A DNA stretch of 64,000 nt from positions 416-64,415 of the IMG/VR virus record IMGVR_UViG_3300020049_011034. One strand, written 5' to 3'. Shown one piece after another: positions 38,039-47,431 of the stretch (its first letter is position 1; every line of letters begins with the position of its first letter). A model generated the notes under the pieces. The model did not search any database. It saw only the letters and a list, made by a program, of their open reading frames with translations, and had not been told where the DNA came from. The DNA is from a virus (Duplodnaviria > Caudoviricetes). The position numbers and the translations under genes are program-made.

Positions 38039-38764
38039 ATGAAAAAGAAAAAACAAGCCTCCGTCGAAAACGTGATGGAAATCCTCGTAGAAACATTCAA
38101 ACCGCAGGACGGATATGTTCTGTGCTTAAAATCCCTTCCCGCCAATCTCAAAGCATACGGCCAATTTCAGTGGCCTGAAATTGGCCACGTAAAAGCACCA
38201 GACTGGAGACCGATCCAAGATTGTGGTAACGGCCTTCATGCCTTCCTTTGGGGGGCAGGTGATTCAGATTTGGCCTGTTCTGATTCTGACGCCAAGTGGC
38301 TCGTGCTCTTAGTGAAAGAAGAGGGCATGATTGACCTCAGTGGTAAGGTTAAGTTCGAGGAATGCGAAGTAGTGTACTGCGGTGCCCGTGAGACAGCCAT
38401 CGCTATTATACAGGCCCACGCCCCAGCTGGCACAGCTGTCATGTTCTCGACCCTCACCGGCGGCGATGCCTCGACCCTCACCGGCGGCAATCGCTCGACC
38501 CTCACCGGCGGCAATGCCTCGACCCTCACCGGCGGCTATGCCTCGACCCTCACCGGCGGCGATGCCTCGACCCTCACCGGCGGCGATGCCTCGACCCTCA
38601 CCGGCGGCTTATGGACCGTATTGGTCTGGAGGTTTTGGAACAACAAGTCTGAGCAGTATGAGCAAAAATGCGCGATGGTAGATGGAGTAAACTTTCTGCC
38701 TGGCATGAAATATAAATTGAACGATAGTTACGACATCGTTCAGGTAAACGATACAGAAGCATGA
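38039..38764 (+). CDS. DUF7666-like protein with STLTGGxx octapeptide repeats
   Basis: CGNGLH...AKWLVL...GKVKF domain followed by repeats. Confidence 0.6.
   Translation: MKKKKQASVENVMEILVETFKPQDGYVLCLKSLPANLKAYGQFQWPEIGHVKAPDWRPIQDCGNGLHAFLWGAGDSDLACSDSDAKWLVLLVKEEGMIDLSGKVKFEECEVVYCGARETAIAIIQAHAPAGTAVMFSTLTGGDASTLTGGNRSTLTGGNASTLTGGYASTLTGGDASTLTGGDASTLTGGLWTVLVWRFWNNKSEQYEQKCAMVDGVNFLPGMKYKLNDSYDIVQVNDTEA
38447..38608 (+). repeat. 7 tandem copies of a 24-bp coding repeat
   Basis: Constant TCGACCCTCACCGGCGGC plus a variable hexamer at 38447, 38471, 38495, 38519, 38543, 38567, 38591 (last copy partial). Confidence 0.95.
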
Positions 38765-40173
38765 TTTCGCTGCGTCCATATCAGGCAAAGGCGGACGCTG
38801 AAGTAGTTGAAGCTTGGCGCGCTGGCAAAAAGCGCGTGTTGCTTCAACTACCTACTGGGGGGGGCAAGACTGTAATGTTCAACCACCGCGCGGCGGTCGC
38901 TGCGAATAAAGGCAAACGCGTACTGATCATTGCCGATCGCCGCGAACTTATTCAACAAGCATGGCAGCGTCTGTGGCAGGCATCCGGCATACATGCAGGA
39001 ATTATTATGTCCGGGCACCCGGCAGTGTACCAACTTCCGGTTCAAATTGCGTCCATACAAACCCTCAACCGGCGAAACTTCCCGCCCAACATGGACATCG
39101 TAATTATTGACGAGGCCAGAGGGTCCGTGTCAGACAGTTACAAACCGATATTTGAATTTTACAAAGATTCGTACTTCCTGGGCGTTGACGCTACTCCTAT
39201 CCGTACAAATGGCCAGGGGTTCGATCACTTGTACGATCACATGGTACAAGGCCCTACCATCAAGGAACTTGAGGAGATGGGCAGCCTTGTACCAAGCCGC
39301 CCATTTATAAACCCACTGGATCCAAGACTGCTCGACAAAATCAAACTGACTGCAGGAGATTATAACGAAAAGCAGTTGTCCGAAATGATGTCAAACCAGC
39401 AGATGACCGCAGACTTGGTGGCTTCAAAAGTCAAACATGCGCCCGGATTAAAAACCATCGTCTTTGCTGTGTCCATCGAGCACAGTAAACTCATCATAGA
39501 GCAGTATCGACGGGCTGGAATTACGGCTGTGCATGTGGATGGAGAGATGCCGACGCCCGAACGCGAACAAATCTTCAAAGCATACAAGAACGGCAAGTAT
39601 GAGGTGCTGTGTAACGTCGGTATTGCATGCTACGGTTTCGACGAACCATCCATTCGTTGCGTGCAGTTGGCCAGGCCTACTAAGTCCCTGGCGCTGTACC
39701 TGCAACAGATAGGAAGAGGTACCCGGCCATTCCCTGGCAAGGATGCATACATTCTGTTGGATCATGCCAACTGCGTGATAGAGCACGGAATGCCCTCAAC
39801 AGATCGAAAGTGGACGTTGAAGGGAAAGAAAAAGGAAAAAGCCAAGCCGCGCCAGTTTAAAATCAAAATCGGAGAAGAGGAAAAGATTGTAACCGCCCGG
39901 GATTTTCCGCAGCAAATGGAAGGCATGGAGCTGCAGGAGATTGATGAGGTTACACTACGCATGGCTGAATTCGACAGCATGAAAAATGCTGCACAGGAAA
40001 GAGGACACAAACCCTTATCCGCAGTATACCGGTACGTAGATAAGTACCCAGACTGCGGGGCGCTCGAACTGCAATACATTGAAAAGAAACTCGGATTCAA
40101 GTCCGGGTGGTGGAAATACAAATTCAAGGAACTCGAAGAAAAGCGCGGCGTAGTCGCCGCATCAGAAAAATGA
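38761..40173 (+). CDS. superfamily 2 DEAD/DEAH-like helicase
   Basis: LRPYQ, LPTGGGKT, IIDEAR, DATP, YGFDEP, QQIGRGTR. Confidence 0.9.
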   Translation: MISLRPYQAKADAEVVEAWRAGKKRVLLQLPTGGGKTVMFNHRAAVAANKGKRVLIIADRRELIQQAWQRLWQASGIHAGIIMSGHPAVYQLPVQIASIQTLNRRNFPPNMDIVIIDEARGSVSDSYKPIFEFYKDSYFLGVDATPIRTNGQGFDHLYDHMVQGPTIKELEEMGSLVPSRPFINPLDPRLLDKIKLTAGDYNEKQLSEMMSNQQMTADLVASKVKHAPGLKTIVFAVSIEHSKLIIEQYRRAGITAVHVDGEMPTPEREQIFKAYKNGKYEVLCNVGIACYGFDEPSIRCVQLARPTKSLALYLQQIGRGTRPFPGKDAYILLDHANCVIEHGMPSTDRKWTLKGKKKEKAKPRQFKIKIGEEEKIVTARDFPQQMEGMELQEIDEVTLRMAEFDSMKNAAQERGHKPLSAVYRYVDKYPDCGALELQYIEKKLGFKSGWWKYKFKELEEKRGVVAASEK

Positions 40174-40523
40174 AACCATCTTTCGACAACCACAAATGCA
40201 CTCCGTCAGGGCTTCCGGTTCGCGCTATAACATGGCATAAGGCGCGTATCCGTTGGGAGGGTTTGATTTGGAGTGGTGAACTGGAAAAGTTCATAGAGTG
40301 TCACTGGGACGAAAACGGTGCCTGTCCTTATGAGCCAAAATTTGATTTGGTGAGTTCTGGCCGGGCGTGGCGTTCCATTACTGACGTTCATCAGGCTACA
40401 GGCATAGTACGCCACTCCGTTTCAAAGGAGGTGTATATCGTAACAGCCAACTATGGAAGCCGGGCAACGGCAGTAAAAACCGTTGACATCACAAACCCTT
40501 CCGAATGGGAGGTGCTCACATAA
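40170..40523 (+). CDS. hypothetical protein
   Basis: ATGA-coupled to the helicase. Confidence 0.5.
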   Translation: MKPSFDNHKCTPSGLPVRAITWHKARIRWEGLIWSGELEKFIECHWDENGACPYEPKFDLVSSGRAWRSITDVHQATGIVRHSVSKEVYIVTANYGSRATAVKTVDITNPSEWEVLT

Positions 40524-40605
40524 TTCTGAAACCCAATATAGGGTCTATGTTCACCCCATGACCGCAAACATTCAATTTCAATAACTTAACTGCAACATCA
40601 ACAAC

Positions 40606-40764
40606 ATGAATGCTCAGGACATCATCAACCAATGCTACATCCAAGATGGTGTAGTAAAACTCCCGGAGGGGCAACTCGAAAGAAAACTGTACACGGAAGT
40701 TGCTGCCCGATTAGAAGGTATCGGCGGCAAATGGAGGGGCGGCAAAATATTTGGTACGGCATGA
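40606..40764 (+). pseudogene. 52-aa remnant resembling the N-terminus of a phage methyltransferase
   Basis: VVKLPEGQLERKLYTEVAARLEGIGGKWRGGKIFG, then an early stop overlapping the dam-like ATG. Confidence 0.45.
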
Positions 40765-41564
40765 TTGACAGCATAGCGCCATACCTGCCGGCTTGCGACC
40801 ATTACTGCGAGCCGTTCTGTGGATCCATGGCAATGCTGCTCAACCGCGACCCCTCTCCCATCGAGACGGCAAACGACTTGAACGGCGATGTGGTGAACTT
40901 CTTTCGGGTCCTGAAAAAGTACAAGCGGGTATTTGTGACGGAACTGGCGCTGACACCATACAGCCGATACGAGTTTGAGCAGGCATGGCAGGATACAGAC
41001 GACGATTTTGAGCGCGCCAAACGGTTTTTCATCCGGGTGGCCATGGACATAGCAAAGGCCGGAAAGCGCGGCGACCGCTCCTGGAGCGTCAATGTGAAGT
41101 ACCTGCCTGGCGAGCACTCATACGCGCCGCTGAATTTTTTGAAAAAGGTACACGGGCTGCCTGAAATCGTGGCCCGTTTGCGCCGCGTCCAATTGGAGAA
41201 CCGACCGGCCGTGAAAATTATCAAGAAGTTCGACAGGCCCGGGACGCTCTTCTATTGCGACCCGCCGTACATGCACGAAACGCGAACATCGAAGGCAGAT
41301 TACAAATTCGAGATGGACTACAACGCACATGTGGAACTTGCAGCCGCCTTAGGCGGCTGCAAGGGAATGGTGGCACTGTCAGGATACGATCACCCCATAA
41401 TGGATGTGCTGTACGAGGGCTGGCACAAAGTGAAGTTTAAGTCCAAGCAGGTACCCATGAGCAACAACGCCAACCCCAAAAAAGGAACACCCAGGGTAAC
41501 GCAGGAATGCCTGTGGATGAATTACGACATCAACTATATCAACGGTCAACTTAAACTATTCTAA
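40761..41564 (+). CDS. dam: Dam-like (D12-class) DNA adenine methyltransferase lacking the N-terminal GGK motif
   Basis: YCEPFCGS, NDLNGDVVNFF, FYCDPPY, VALSGY. Confidence 0.8.
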   Translation: MIDSIAPYLPACDHYCEPFCGSMAMLLNRDPSPIETANDLNGDVVNFFRVLKKYKRVFVTELALTPYSRYEFEQAWQDTDDDFERAKRFFIRVAMDIAKAGKRGDRSWSVNVKYLPGEHSYAPLNFLKKVHGLPEIVARLRRVQLENRPAVKIIKKFDRPGTLFYCDPPYMHETRTSKADYKFEMDYNAHVELAAALGGCKGMVALSGYDHPIMDVLYEGWHKVKFKSKQVPMSNNANPKKGTPRVTQECLWMNYDINYINGQLKLF

Positions 41565-41953
41565 TGCAACAGGAGACACAGAGTAACCAACCGCTGCCGA
41601 TGGTCCTTGAATTGTTCGGCCATCAGCGCATCGCCGGTCACGTCAGCGAACACAACTTCGCCGGCAGTTCATTCGTCCGCGTGGACGTGCCCGCTGTCGG
41701 CACCACACCGGCTTTCACCAAGATGTTCCACCCCAACGCGGTCTATGCGTTCAACCCGGTGGACGAAGAAACCATGCTGTTCGTCGCCGGCCAATGCAGC
41801 GTCCGACCGCTGACGGTTTTCGACCTTTCGGAAATGCGGCGCAAAATGCAGACAAGCATTCCAGAGAGAGCATTCACGGGCGACCTCGAAGAAGAGGAAG
41901 ATGACGAACGCGAAAAAGGTGACGACGGCGAGGAGGACGAGCAAAAATGGTAG
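41564..41953 (+). CDS. hypothetical phage protein with an acidic tail
   Basis: LELFGHQRIAG...FVRVDVP. Confidence 0.6.
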   Translation: MQQETQSNQPLPMVLELFGHQRIAGHVSEHNFAGSSFVRVDVPAVGTTPAFTKMFHPNAVYAFNPVDEETMLFVAGQCSVRPLTVFDLSEMRRKMQTSIPERAFTGDLEEEEDDEREKGDDGEEDEQKW

Positions 41954-42552
41954 GCGCACTTTTCATATACCCAATGCTCCAAGCCGCCCGTCAATATTTG
42001 AAAACCGAGACGCGCCGCTTCGGAGAAAAACAGAACTGGAAAGTCGGCCAGCGTCTGTACGTCAAAGAGCCTGTCATCCTGATGGGCGATGTCGGCCAGA
42101 CACCGAAAGCGAAGGACGTTATCTGGCAGCAGGGCGAACTCAAGTTCACCCGCGTTCAATACCTGTACGATGACCAGACATTACCGACCGATGACGGAAC
42201 CTTCTGGATCAAGAAACAAAAACTGTTTTGCCCGGAAGCCGCCGCCCGATTCATGATCCAGATTACAAACGTGAAGCGCCAGCGCCTGGGCGATATGCAG
42301 GACTGCGAGTACCGCAACGAAGGTTTGCAGCAACATTTCGCAGTCGCACTCGACGACCGCAGCGCGCCTGGCAAAGAATGGCGCGTAGAAATGGCGAACA
42401 GCCTGATGTTCTCCGACTCCGACCCGGCGAAGGTGTACGCCTACCTGCTCAATGCGACCGCAGGGGGGAAGAAAGTCTATAACCCGGACGCGCTGGTTTG
42501 GGCCTACAAATTCATGTGGCTACCCTACCAGCGGCCAGTAAAGTTGAAGTGA
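41947..42552 (+). CDS. hypothetical protein (possibly ASCH/PUA-like)
   Basis: KTETRR...VGQRLYVKE...RFMIQITNVKRQRLGDM pattern. Confidence 0.4.
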   Translation: MVGALFIYPMLQAARQYLKTETRRFGEKQNWKVGQRLYVKEPVILMGDVGQTPKAKDVIWQQGELKFTRVQYLYDDQTLPTDDGTFWIKKQKLFCPEAAARFMIQITNVKRQRLGDMQDCEYRNEGLQQHFAVALDDRSAPGKEWRVEMANSLMFSDSDPAKVYAYLLNATAGGKKVYNPDALVWAYKFMWLPYQRPVKLK

Positions 42553-43298
42553 TGGAAAACGCACCCGCAAAATGGCTGGAAGTCGAAGAAGACATCCTTC
42601 GCAAATGGTACGAGCGCAACGGCTCCGACTTCTGCGATACCGTTATCGGCGAACTCCTGGGCTGGAAGCGTGGAGCGCGCAACGTAATGCAGAAGGCATG
42701 GAAACTTGGCCTTCGCTACAAAGGCCCACGGCGCGGCGTGTTCAAAAAGGGACTTGTGCCCTTCAACAAGGAGCGCAAGATGCCGGCAGACTTGTATGCT
42801 CAGTGTGCTCCGACGATGTTCAAAAAGGGCCAGAAGCCGCACAACACCAAGCCAGAGGGCGAGGATATTTCAATCCGGTACGATAATCGCGGCGTTGCCG
42901 TGCTGCACAAGAAGATAGCGCTTGGAAAGTGGGTGTACCTTTCGCGGTACAACTACGAAAAATACATCGGCGAGATTCCAAAGGGTCATATCGTCATCCA
43001 TAAGGACGGCAATACCATGAACTGCGACCCCTCGAACCTGGAACTGATGACCCGGGCAGACAATGCGCGAAGGAACTACAGCCGTGAAAAGTTCATGGCC
43101 TGGCACAGAGAACTCACCGACGAATATGTGCTGTGGTATCAGACGCGGTACAAACACGCCGAAGGGATAGACCTTGAGACCGCCCGCGCCAACGGCCTTA
43201 TTGAGATATGGCGCGCCGAAATCCAACTGAAACGCAAAGTTTTAACGGTAAAAAAAGTCAACAACAATGAATATCGCAACAAAAAAGCGCCTCAATGA
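42552..43298 (+). CDS. HNH endonuclease
   Basis: FKKGQKPHN, IPKGHIVIHKDGNTMNCDPSNLELMTRADNARRN. Confidence 0.85.
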   Translation: MENAPAKWLEVEEDILRKWYERNGSDFCDTVIGELLGWKRGARNVMQKAWKLGLRYKGPRRGVFKKGLVPFNKERKMPADLYAQCAPTMFKKGQKPHNTKPEGEDISIRYDNRGVAVLHKKIALGKWVYLSRYNYEKYIGEIPKGHIVIHKDGNTMNCDPSNLELMTRADNARRNYSREKFMAWHRELTDEYVLWYQTRYKHAEGIDLETARANGLIEIWRAEIQLKRKVLTVKKVNNNEYRNKKAPQ

Positions 43299-43533
43299 GG
43301 CCATGAAAAAGCCGTGGGAGTACATGGCTAAAGAGTACACCTTTCAAGCGTGGGACGAGTTAAATGGCAAAGTTATCATCGCCACCGACCTTGATTCCAT
43401 CACGGTTGAACTCGACGACCTGGACATGTTCCTGGCCGGCCTCATCGAAGTGGGCGCAAAAAAAACGGACATAACGGCCACGCGGTCGAGTCGGCAGTGG
43501 AAGCATACCAACCCATCCGGCTCAACACTATGA
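43267..43533 (+). CDS. hypothetical protein
   Basis: ORF in tandem with neighbours. Confidence 0.45.
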   Translation: MNIATKKRLNEAMKKPWEYMAKEYTFQAWDELNGKVIIATDLDSITVELDDLDMFLAGLIEVGAKKTDITATRSSRQWKHTNPSGSTL

Positions 43534-43736
43534 ACGAGGAAACGCAGACATCCATCATCGGCGGCCTGCGGTCAGTGTTCGATGAATTGTCGCAAGCGCA
43601 GTCGCCGGAGAAAATCAAGTCGCTTTCGCTCAAAGCAAGCAACATGGTGAAGATTACGCAGGCCGTCAGCGGCTTGGCGCGGCTCGAACTGGACCTGCAC
43701 AAAGCGGCTCAGGTAAAAAAGTCAAACAAAAGTTAG
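43530..43736 (+). CDS. hypothetical protein
   Basis: ATGA-coupled, helical. Confidence 0.5.
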   Translation: MNEETQTSIIGGLRSVFDELSQAQSPEKIKSLSLKASNMVKITQAVSGLARLELDLHKAAQVKKSNKS

Positions 43737-43756
43737 AAAATCTCGACAGGGTTTTA

Positions 43757-43918
43757 TACTTTTGTGGTGTCAAAAGAGACACGTTGGTGGCACAGCGTAA
43801 TTCAGAAGATTAACAGTTTAGCAAATTTCACAAGCACTCCAAACAGGAGCGGGTGTCCGGGTTTCTTCTGACCGGACTTTGGCTACGCCACAAAAGCCGC
43901 CCGTCCTGTTTGGGGTGT
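43757..43918 (+). promoter_or_regulatory. promoter plus large structured leader of the replication gene
   Basis: TACTTTTG at 43757-43764; GCACTCCAAACAGGA(43834-43848)/TCCTGTTTGGGGTGT(43904-43918) encloses TCCGG/CCGGA and GGCT/AGCC stems. Confidence 0.5.
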
Positions 43919-43947
43919 TTTGTTTTTTAATCATCTACTATCCTAAA

Positions 43948-45015
43948 ATGAAATACACCATACACGTAAACCAGGCTGGGGCAGATGAAGCCGGGCTACG
44001 TGGCAGCATTGACATCATTGACCTGGCTGTATTTGATGCCTTCAAGGACTTCGCAAATAGCAACAGGTGTGAAAAAATGGTGGACGCTGCCGGCAAAGTT
44101 TGGTTCTGGATTGACTATAACTTGGTGATTGATGAGCTCCCATACTGCAACCTGAATACAAAGGATAGCGTATATCGGAGAATGAGGCGCTTGGCTGAGG
44201 CGAAAATCATTGAGTTTAATCCCGACAATCAGAAAATGGGACGGTCATTTTTCAGGTGGTCTGTCAACTACGACACGCTCATAACTACAACTAAACCTAC
44301 GGACGAAAATCCGAAGGGGGTCAAAGACCTACGGACGAAAATCCGAAGGGGTACGGATGAAAATCCGGAGGTCTCCGGAAAAATATCCGAAGGGGGTGCG
44401 GATAAAAATCCGAACTACCATAATACTAATAACCACACCACTAACCACAAAACAAAAGCCAGTACCGCCGCTGTCGCGCCGGACACCGGCCCAACAGTTT
44501 TGGTAATCGAAACCGTAGCGGTAAAAGATGGGAAAAATGGAACGGCTTCAAGGGGGGGCGGGCCGCAAACAAAAAGTTGGACGCGGGTGGCTGCGGAAGT
44601 TTTCGATGAGGTGGCTGCTGAAAAATGCCGGGAAAATATGCTGGACTACCAGCCGTTCAACTGGTCGGTATGCCAAGAGGAAAACTTTCGACAATTGCGC
44701 AACCTTCGAGAGAAGGCCATAGCGCCAGACTTCAAGGCCAAGTTCAGAACCGAACCCACGGAAGAACAAATAATCGGATCGTTTCGGGCTGTGTTCCGCC
44801 TGGCCTGGGACTACTTCCGGAGAATACAAAAAGAGACGGGCGGCGCCTTGCACTATACCCCAACGTCCGTTTACAAATCGTACAACAACATCAAAACAAC
44901 TGCGAAAAATGGCAACATCAATGGCAGTGCAGTCGTCGGCTCGGACGGTAAAACCTACCAGTTCGGCCAGGGAATTAATGACACTGGCACGTTCGATCCG
45001 AAGCGCGGCTACTAA
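43948..45015 (+). CDS. replication initiator (lambda O/DnaD-like architecture)
   Basis: N-terminal wHTH-like KDSVYRRMRRLAEAKII, internal iteron-coded linker, position before helicase-loader-like genes. Confidence 0.7.
   Translation: MKYTIHVNQAGADEAGLRGSIDIIDLAVFDAFKDFANSNRCEKMVDAAGKVWFWIDYNLVIDELPYCNLNTKDSVYRRMRRLAEAKIIEFNPDNQKMGRSFFRWSVNYDTLITTTKPTDENPKGVKDLRTKIRRGTDENPEVSGKISEGGADKNPNYHNTNNHTTNHKTKASTAAVAPDTGPTVLVIETVAVKDGKNGTASRGGGPQTKSWTRVAAEVFDEVAAEKCRENMLDYQPFNWSVCQEENFRQLRNLREKAIAPDFKAKFRTEPTEEQIIGSFRAVFRLAWDYFRRIQKETGGALHYTPTSVYKSYNNIKTTAKNGNINGSAVVGSDGKTYQFGQGINDTGTFDPKRGY
44296..44414. repeat. iterons: probable replication origin inside the initiator gene
   Basis: CCTACGGACGAAAATCCGAAGGGG at 44296 and 44328, plus three variants (CGGA-N-TCCG) to 44414, followed by an A/C-rich tract. 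Confidence 0.75.
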
Positions 45016-45025
45016 CCACTACCAG

Positions 45026-46276
45026 ATGTCTCTGGCCGTCCTGTACGAAAATGCCCCCAAGATTTTCGCAGATGACCGGCTGACAGGGATCAACCCCGCA
45101 GGGTACGAGACGCTTGAGCAGTATGTGACATTCATCCTGCTAAATGGATCACCGGTCCAGCGGTCGGCGCTGCTCGATAACCTGGACACGCTCTCCGATA
45201 TTGCGATGCCGGAAATCAAGTATTTGTCCCGGGCGCCAGGAACGGCGCTGCTTGAAACGTACATCCGTCAAACTTGCCAGGTTATGGGATGTGACTTTAA
45301 AGGGGACTTGGCCACGGTGGTATCAGGCCTGTACGATGATTACGGCGGCATCACAATTATCGAGTGGGCCCGGTTCTTTCAGGGTATCACACAGGGAAAG
45401 TTCAAGGACGAATACCAGTCAGTCAACACGCGCGGCCTGAACGCCGAGTTCTTGCGCGATTGGCTGGACCAGTTCTATGAGCGCCGCGACAAGATTATTG
45501 CCAGCCTGCGCAAGGATATGCAGGCCGCGCCGGCTGAGTCAGGCGAGTTTAACCCTGCGGCCTTTGAGGAGGTAAAGCGGGTGCAGCGCGAATCCTTGGC
45601 GCTCGACGGTGAGGTTCGCGCATGGCGCGTCGAATATGAAAACCGGCTTACTACCACCCGCATGGGAAAAATAGCCGTCACCGAAAAAACGGATGACGGC
45701 AAGGTAATCCAGGTCGAGCAGGATGTACCCCTGATCGAGGACCTTCCCGAAGCAGCATACACACGCTTGTTCGATTTTATAGCCGCTTTCTACGCCTTCG
45801 ACGGGCAGGATGTGAAACAGATAATTTCGGATATGACTGTAACGTGGGAGTTGGAACGGGTGATTGACTTCCCGGACACAGAGGCGAAGGCTTTTTACCG
45901 GTCGCGGGCAAAGATGCTGCTTGCAAACCTGAAACGGTTTGCGACAGCTGCCAATGGACGGCGCCTGCTCGACTTGGCCGTGTGTCGTATTGCAGAAACG
46001 TACCCGCTTACCGGAGACTTCTTTCAGGCTATTACAGGCAAGCCTTACACCGGCGACAAGCCCCACGTGGCCATCGGGCCGCACACCTCGGATGTAGCAT
46101 CGCGTCTGATGCATGAATTTCACGGGGCCTATTCGACAGATGTTCGAAAGGCCATCGAGCAAGGAACGTTTGCTCTGTACCGTGATGAGTATATTTGCCT
46201 TCGCTGCATACACTGGGCGGTCAAGACTGCCGGCATAGAACATCCATTCACTAACATATTCAATCCGCAACAATGA
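45026..46276 (+). CDS. hypothetical replication-associated protein
   Basis: Directly after the initiator; 416 aa. Confidence 0.5.
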   Translation: MSLAVLYENAPKIFADDRLTGINPAGYETLEQYVTFILLNGSPVQRSALLDNLDTLSDIAMPEIKYLSRAPGTALLETYIRQTCQVMGCDFKGDLATVVSGLYDDYGGITIIEWARFFQGITQGKFKDEYQSVNTRGLNAEFLRDWLDQFYERRDKIIASLRKDMQAAPAESGEFNPAAFEEVKRVQRESLALDGEVRAWRVEYENRLTTTRMGKIAVTEKTDDGKVIQVEQDVPLIEDLPEAAYTRLFDFIAAFYAFDGQDVKQIISDMTVTWELERVIDFPDTEAKAFYRSRAKMLLANLKRFATAANGRRLLDLAVCRIAETYPLTGDFFQAITGKPYTGDKPHVAIGPHTSDVASRLMHEFHGAYSTDVRKAIEQGTFALYRDEYICLRCIHWAVKTAGIEHPFTNIFNPQQ

Positions 46277-46908
46277 AACGACAAATGCAACAGCCGTCGA
46301 GAATCACTATCAACAAGGTGAAAATTTCAAACTACGACGAAACGATGGACGCCGAAAACCAGATGACCGGCCTCGAACTGGGCTACTCTGAAGAACTCAT
46401 GGACGCCGATGGCGGGTTTGAGTTTGCGAAGGAGCACCCCAATGTGAAACTCCGAAACTTCCTGTGCCACAATGACCTGATTGCCACGTTTGAAGCGCTG
46501 CGCCCCCACATGGCGTTGCTGTGTGAATACGCCGATGTTGACGATGTGCGTGGCGATGATCTGGCCACGGTGGATTTCCGCAAAATCTACGTCACACAAA
46601 TCACCCTCACCGGACACAATGAAAACGCCGGCGTTGTGATCACCGGCTTTCGATTACTGCAGGATGGATCCAAATTGAACCTCAACACGCCGAATCTTAA
46701 ATTCGAGGTGAGCGAGTACCGTTACTCACAGGAGTTGTCCGAAGCGCTGGATGACCTGACGGCTGAGGCTATGCGCGCACTCACAGAGCGCCGGCGCAAA
46801 GTGGTCCAGGCGGAATTGTTTGAGGATGAGGAAGGAGATGATTTTGGAGACCTGAAAGACGCCGTCCAGCGCGGGGAGATTGAAATAAAAGTGCAGGCTG
46901 CTCGATAA
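46273..46908 (+). CDS. hypothetical protein
   Basis: ATGA-coupled, 211 aa. Confidence 0.6.
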   Translation: MKRQMQQPSRITINKVKISNYDETMDAENQMTGLELGYSEELMDADGGFEFAKEHPNVKLRNFLCHNDLIATFEALRPHMALLCEYADVDDVRGDDLATVDFRKIYVTQITLTGHNENAGVVITGFRLLQDGSKLNLNTPNLKFEVSEYRYSQELSEALDDLTAEAMRALTERRRKVVQAELFEDEEGDDFGDLKDAVQRGEIEIKVQAAR

Positions 46909-46912
46909 CGCC

Positions 46913-47431
46913 ATGGGAAAAGGTAAATGGGATATGGAATCCGTTCGCGCCGTCGCTGCGCGCGGCCTGGTCGTGAAGATGAGCGATGGCGGATCGGTTG
47001 ATTTCACCATGCACGACCCGAAAGACCCAACGTACCAAGGCCACGAGGTGGCGGCGCCCGCGCCGAACAAATTCAGGAACATCATCACCGAGATTGACGG
47101 GATCAAATTCAGGTCAAAACTCGAAGGAAACAGATACCTGCAACTCAAAATGATGTTGAACGCAGGACTGATACACGAATTCAAAAAGCAGGTCCCTTTT
47201 GACCTGAGGGTAAACGGAGTTCATATCACACGCTACATTGCCGACTTTGTGGTAAGATACCCAGACGGAACGGTAGTCGTAGAGGACACGAAAGGTGTCG
47301 AGACTGAGGCGTTCAAGATCAAAAAGAACCTCATGCTCGCTACCATGGGAATCGAAATTCAACTTATTTGCAACATCAACAACAATGGCAACAACAAAAA
47401 AAGCAAAAGCCACCGAACCCGGCGCCACTGA
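46913..47431 (+). CDS. DUF1064-like PD-(D/E)XK endonuclease
   Basis: IDGIKFRSKLEGNRYLQL...QVPFDL...YIADFVV...VEDTKG. Confidence 0.8.
   Translation: MGKGKWDMESVRAVAARGLVVKMSDGGSVDFTMHDPKDPTYQGHEVAAPAPNKFRNIITEIDGIKFRSKLEGNRYLQLKMMLNAGLIHEFKKQVPFDLRVNGVHITRYIADFVVRYPDGTVVVEDTKGVETEAFKIKKNLMLATMGIEIQLICNINNNGNNKKSKSHRTRRH

Noticed and set aside
38447-38608. Possible CRISPR mini-array (constant repeat with variable spacer)
   Set aside because: The variable part is only 6 nt, the period is 24 nt and in frame within a protein, and there are no cas genes.
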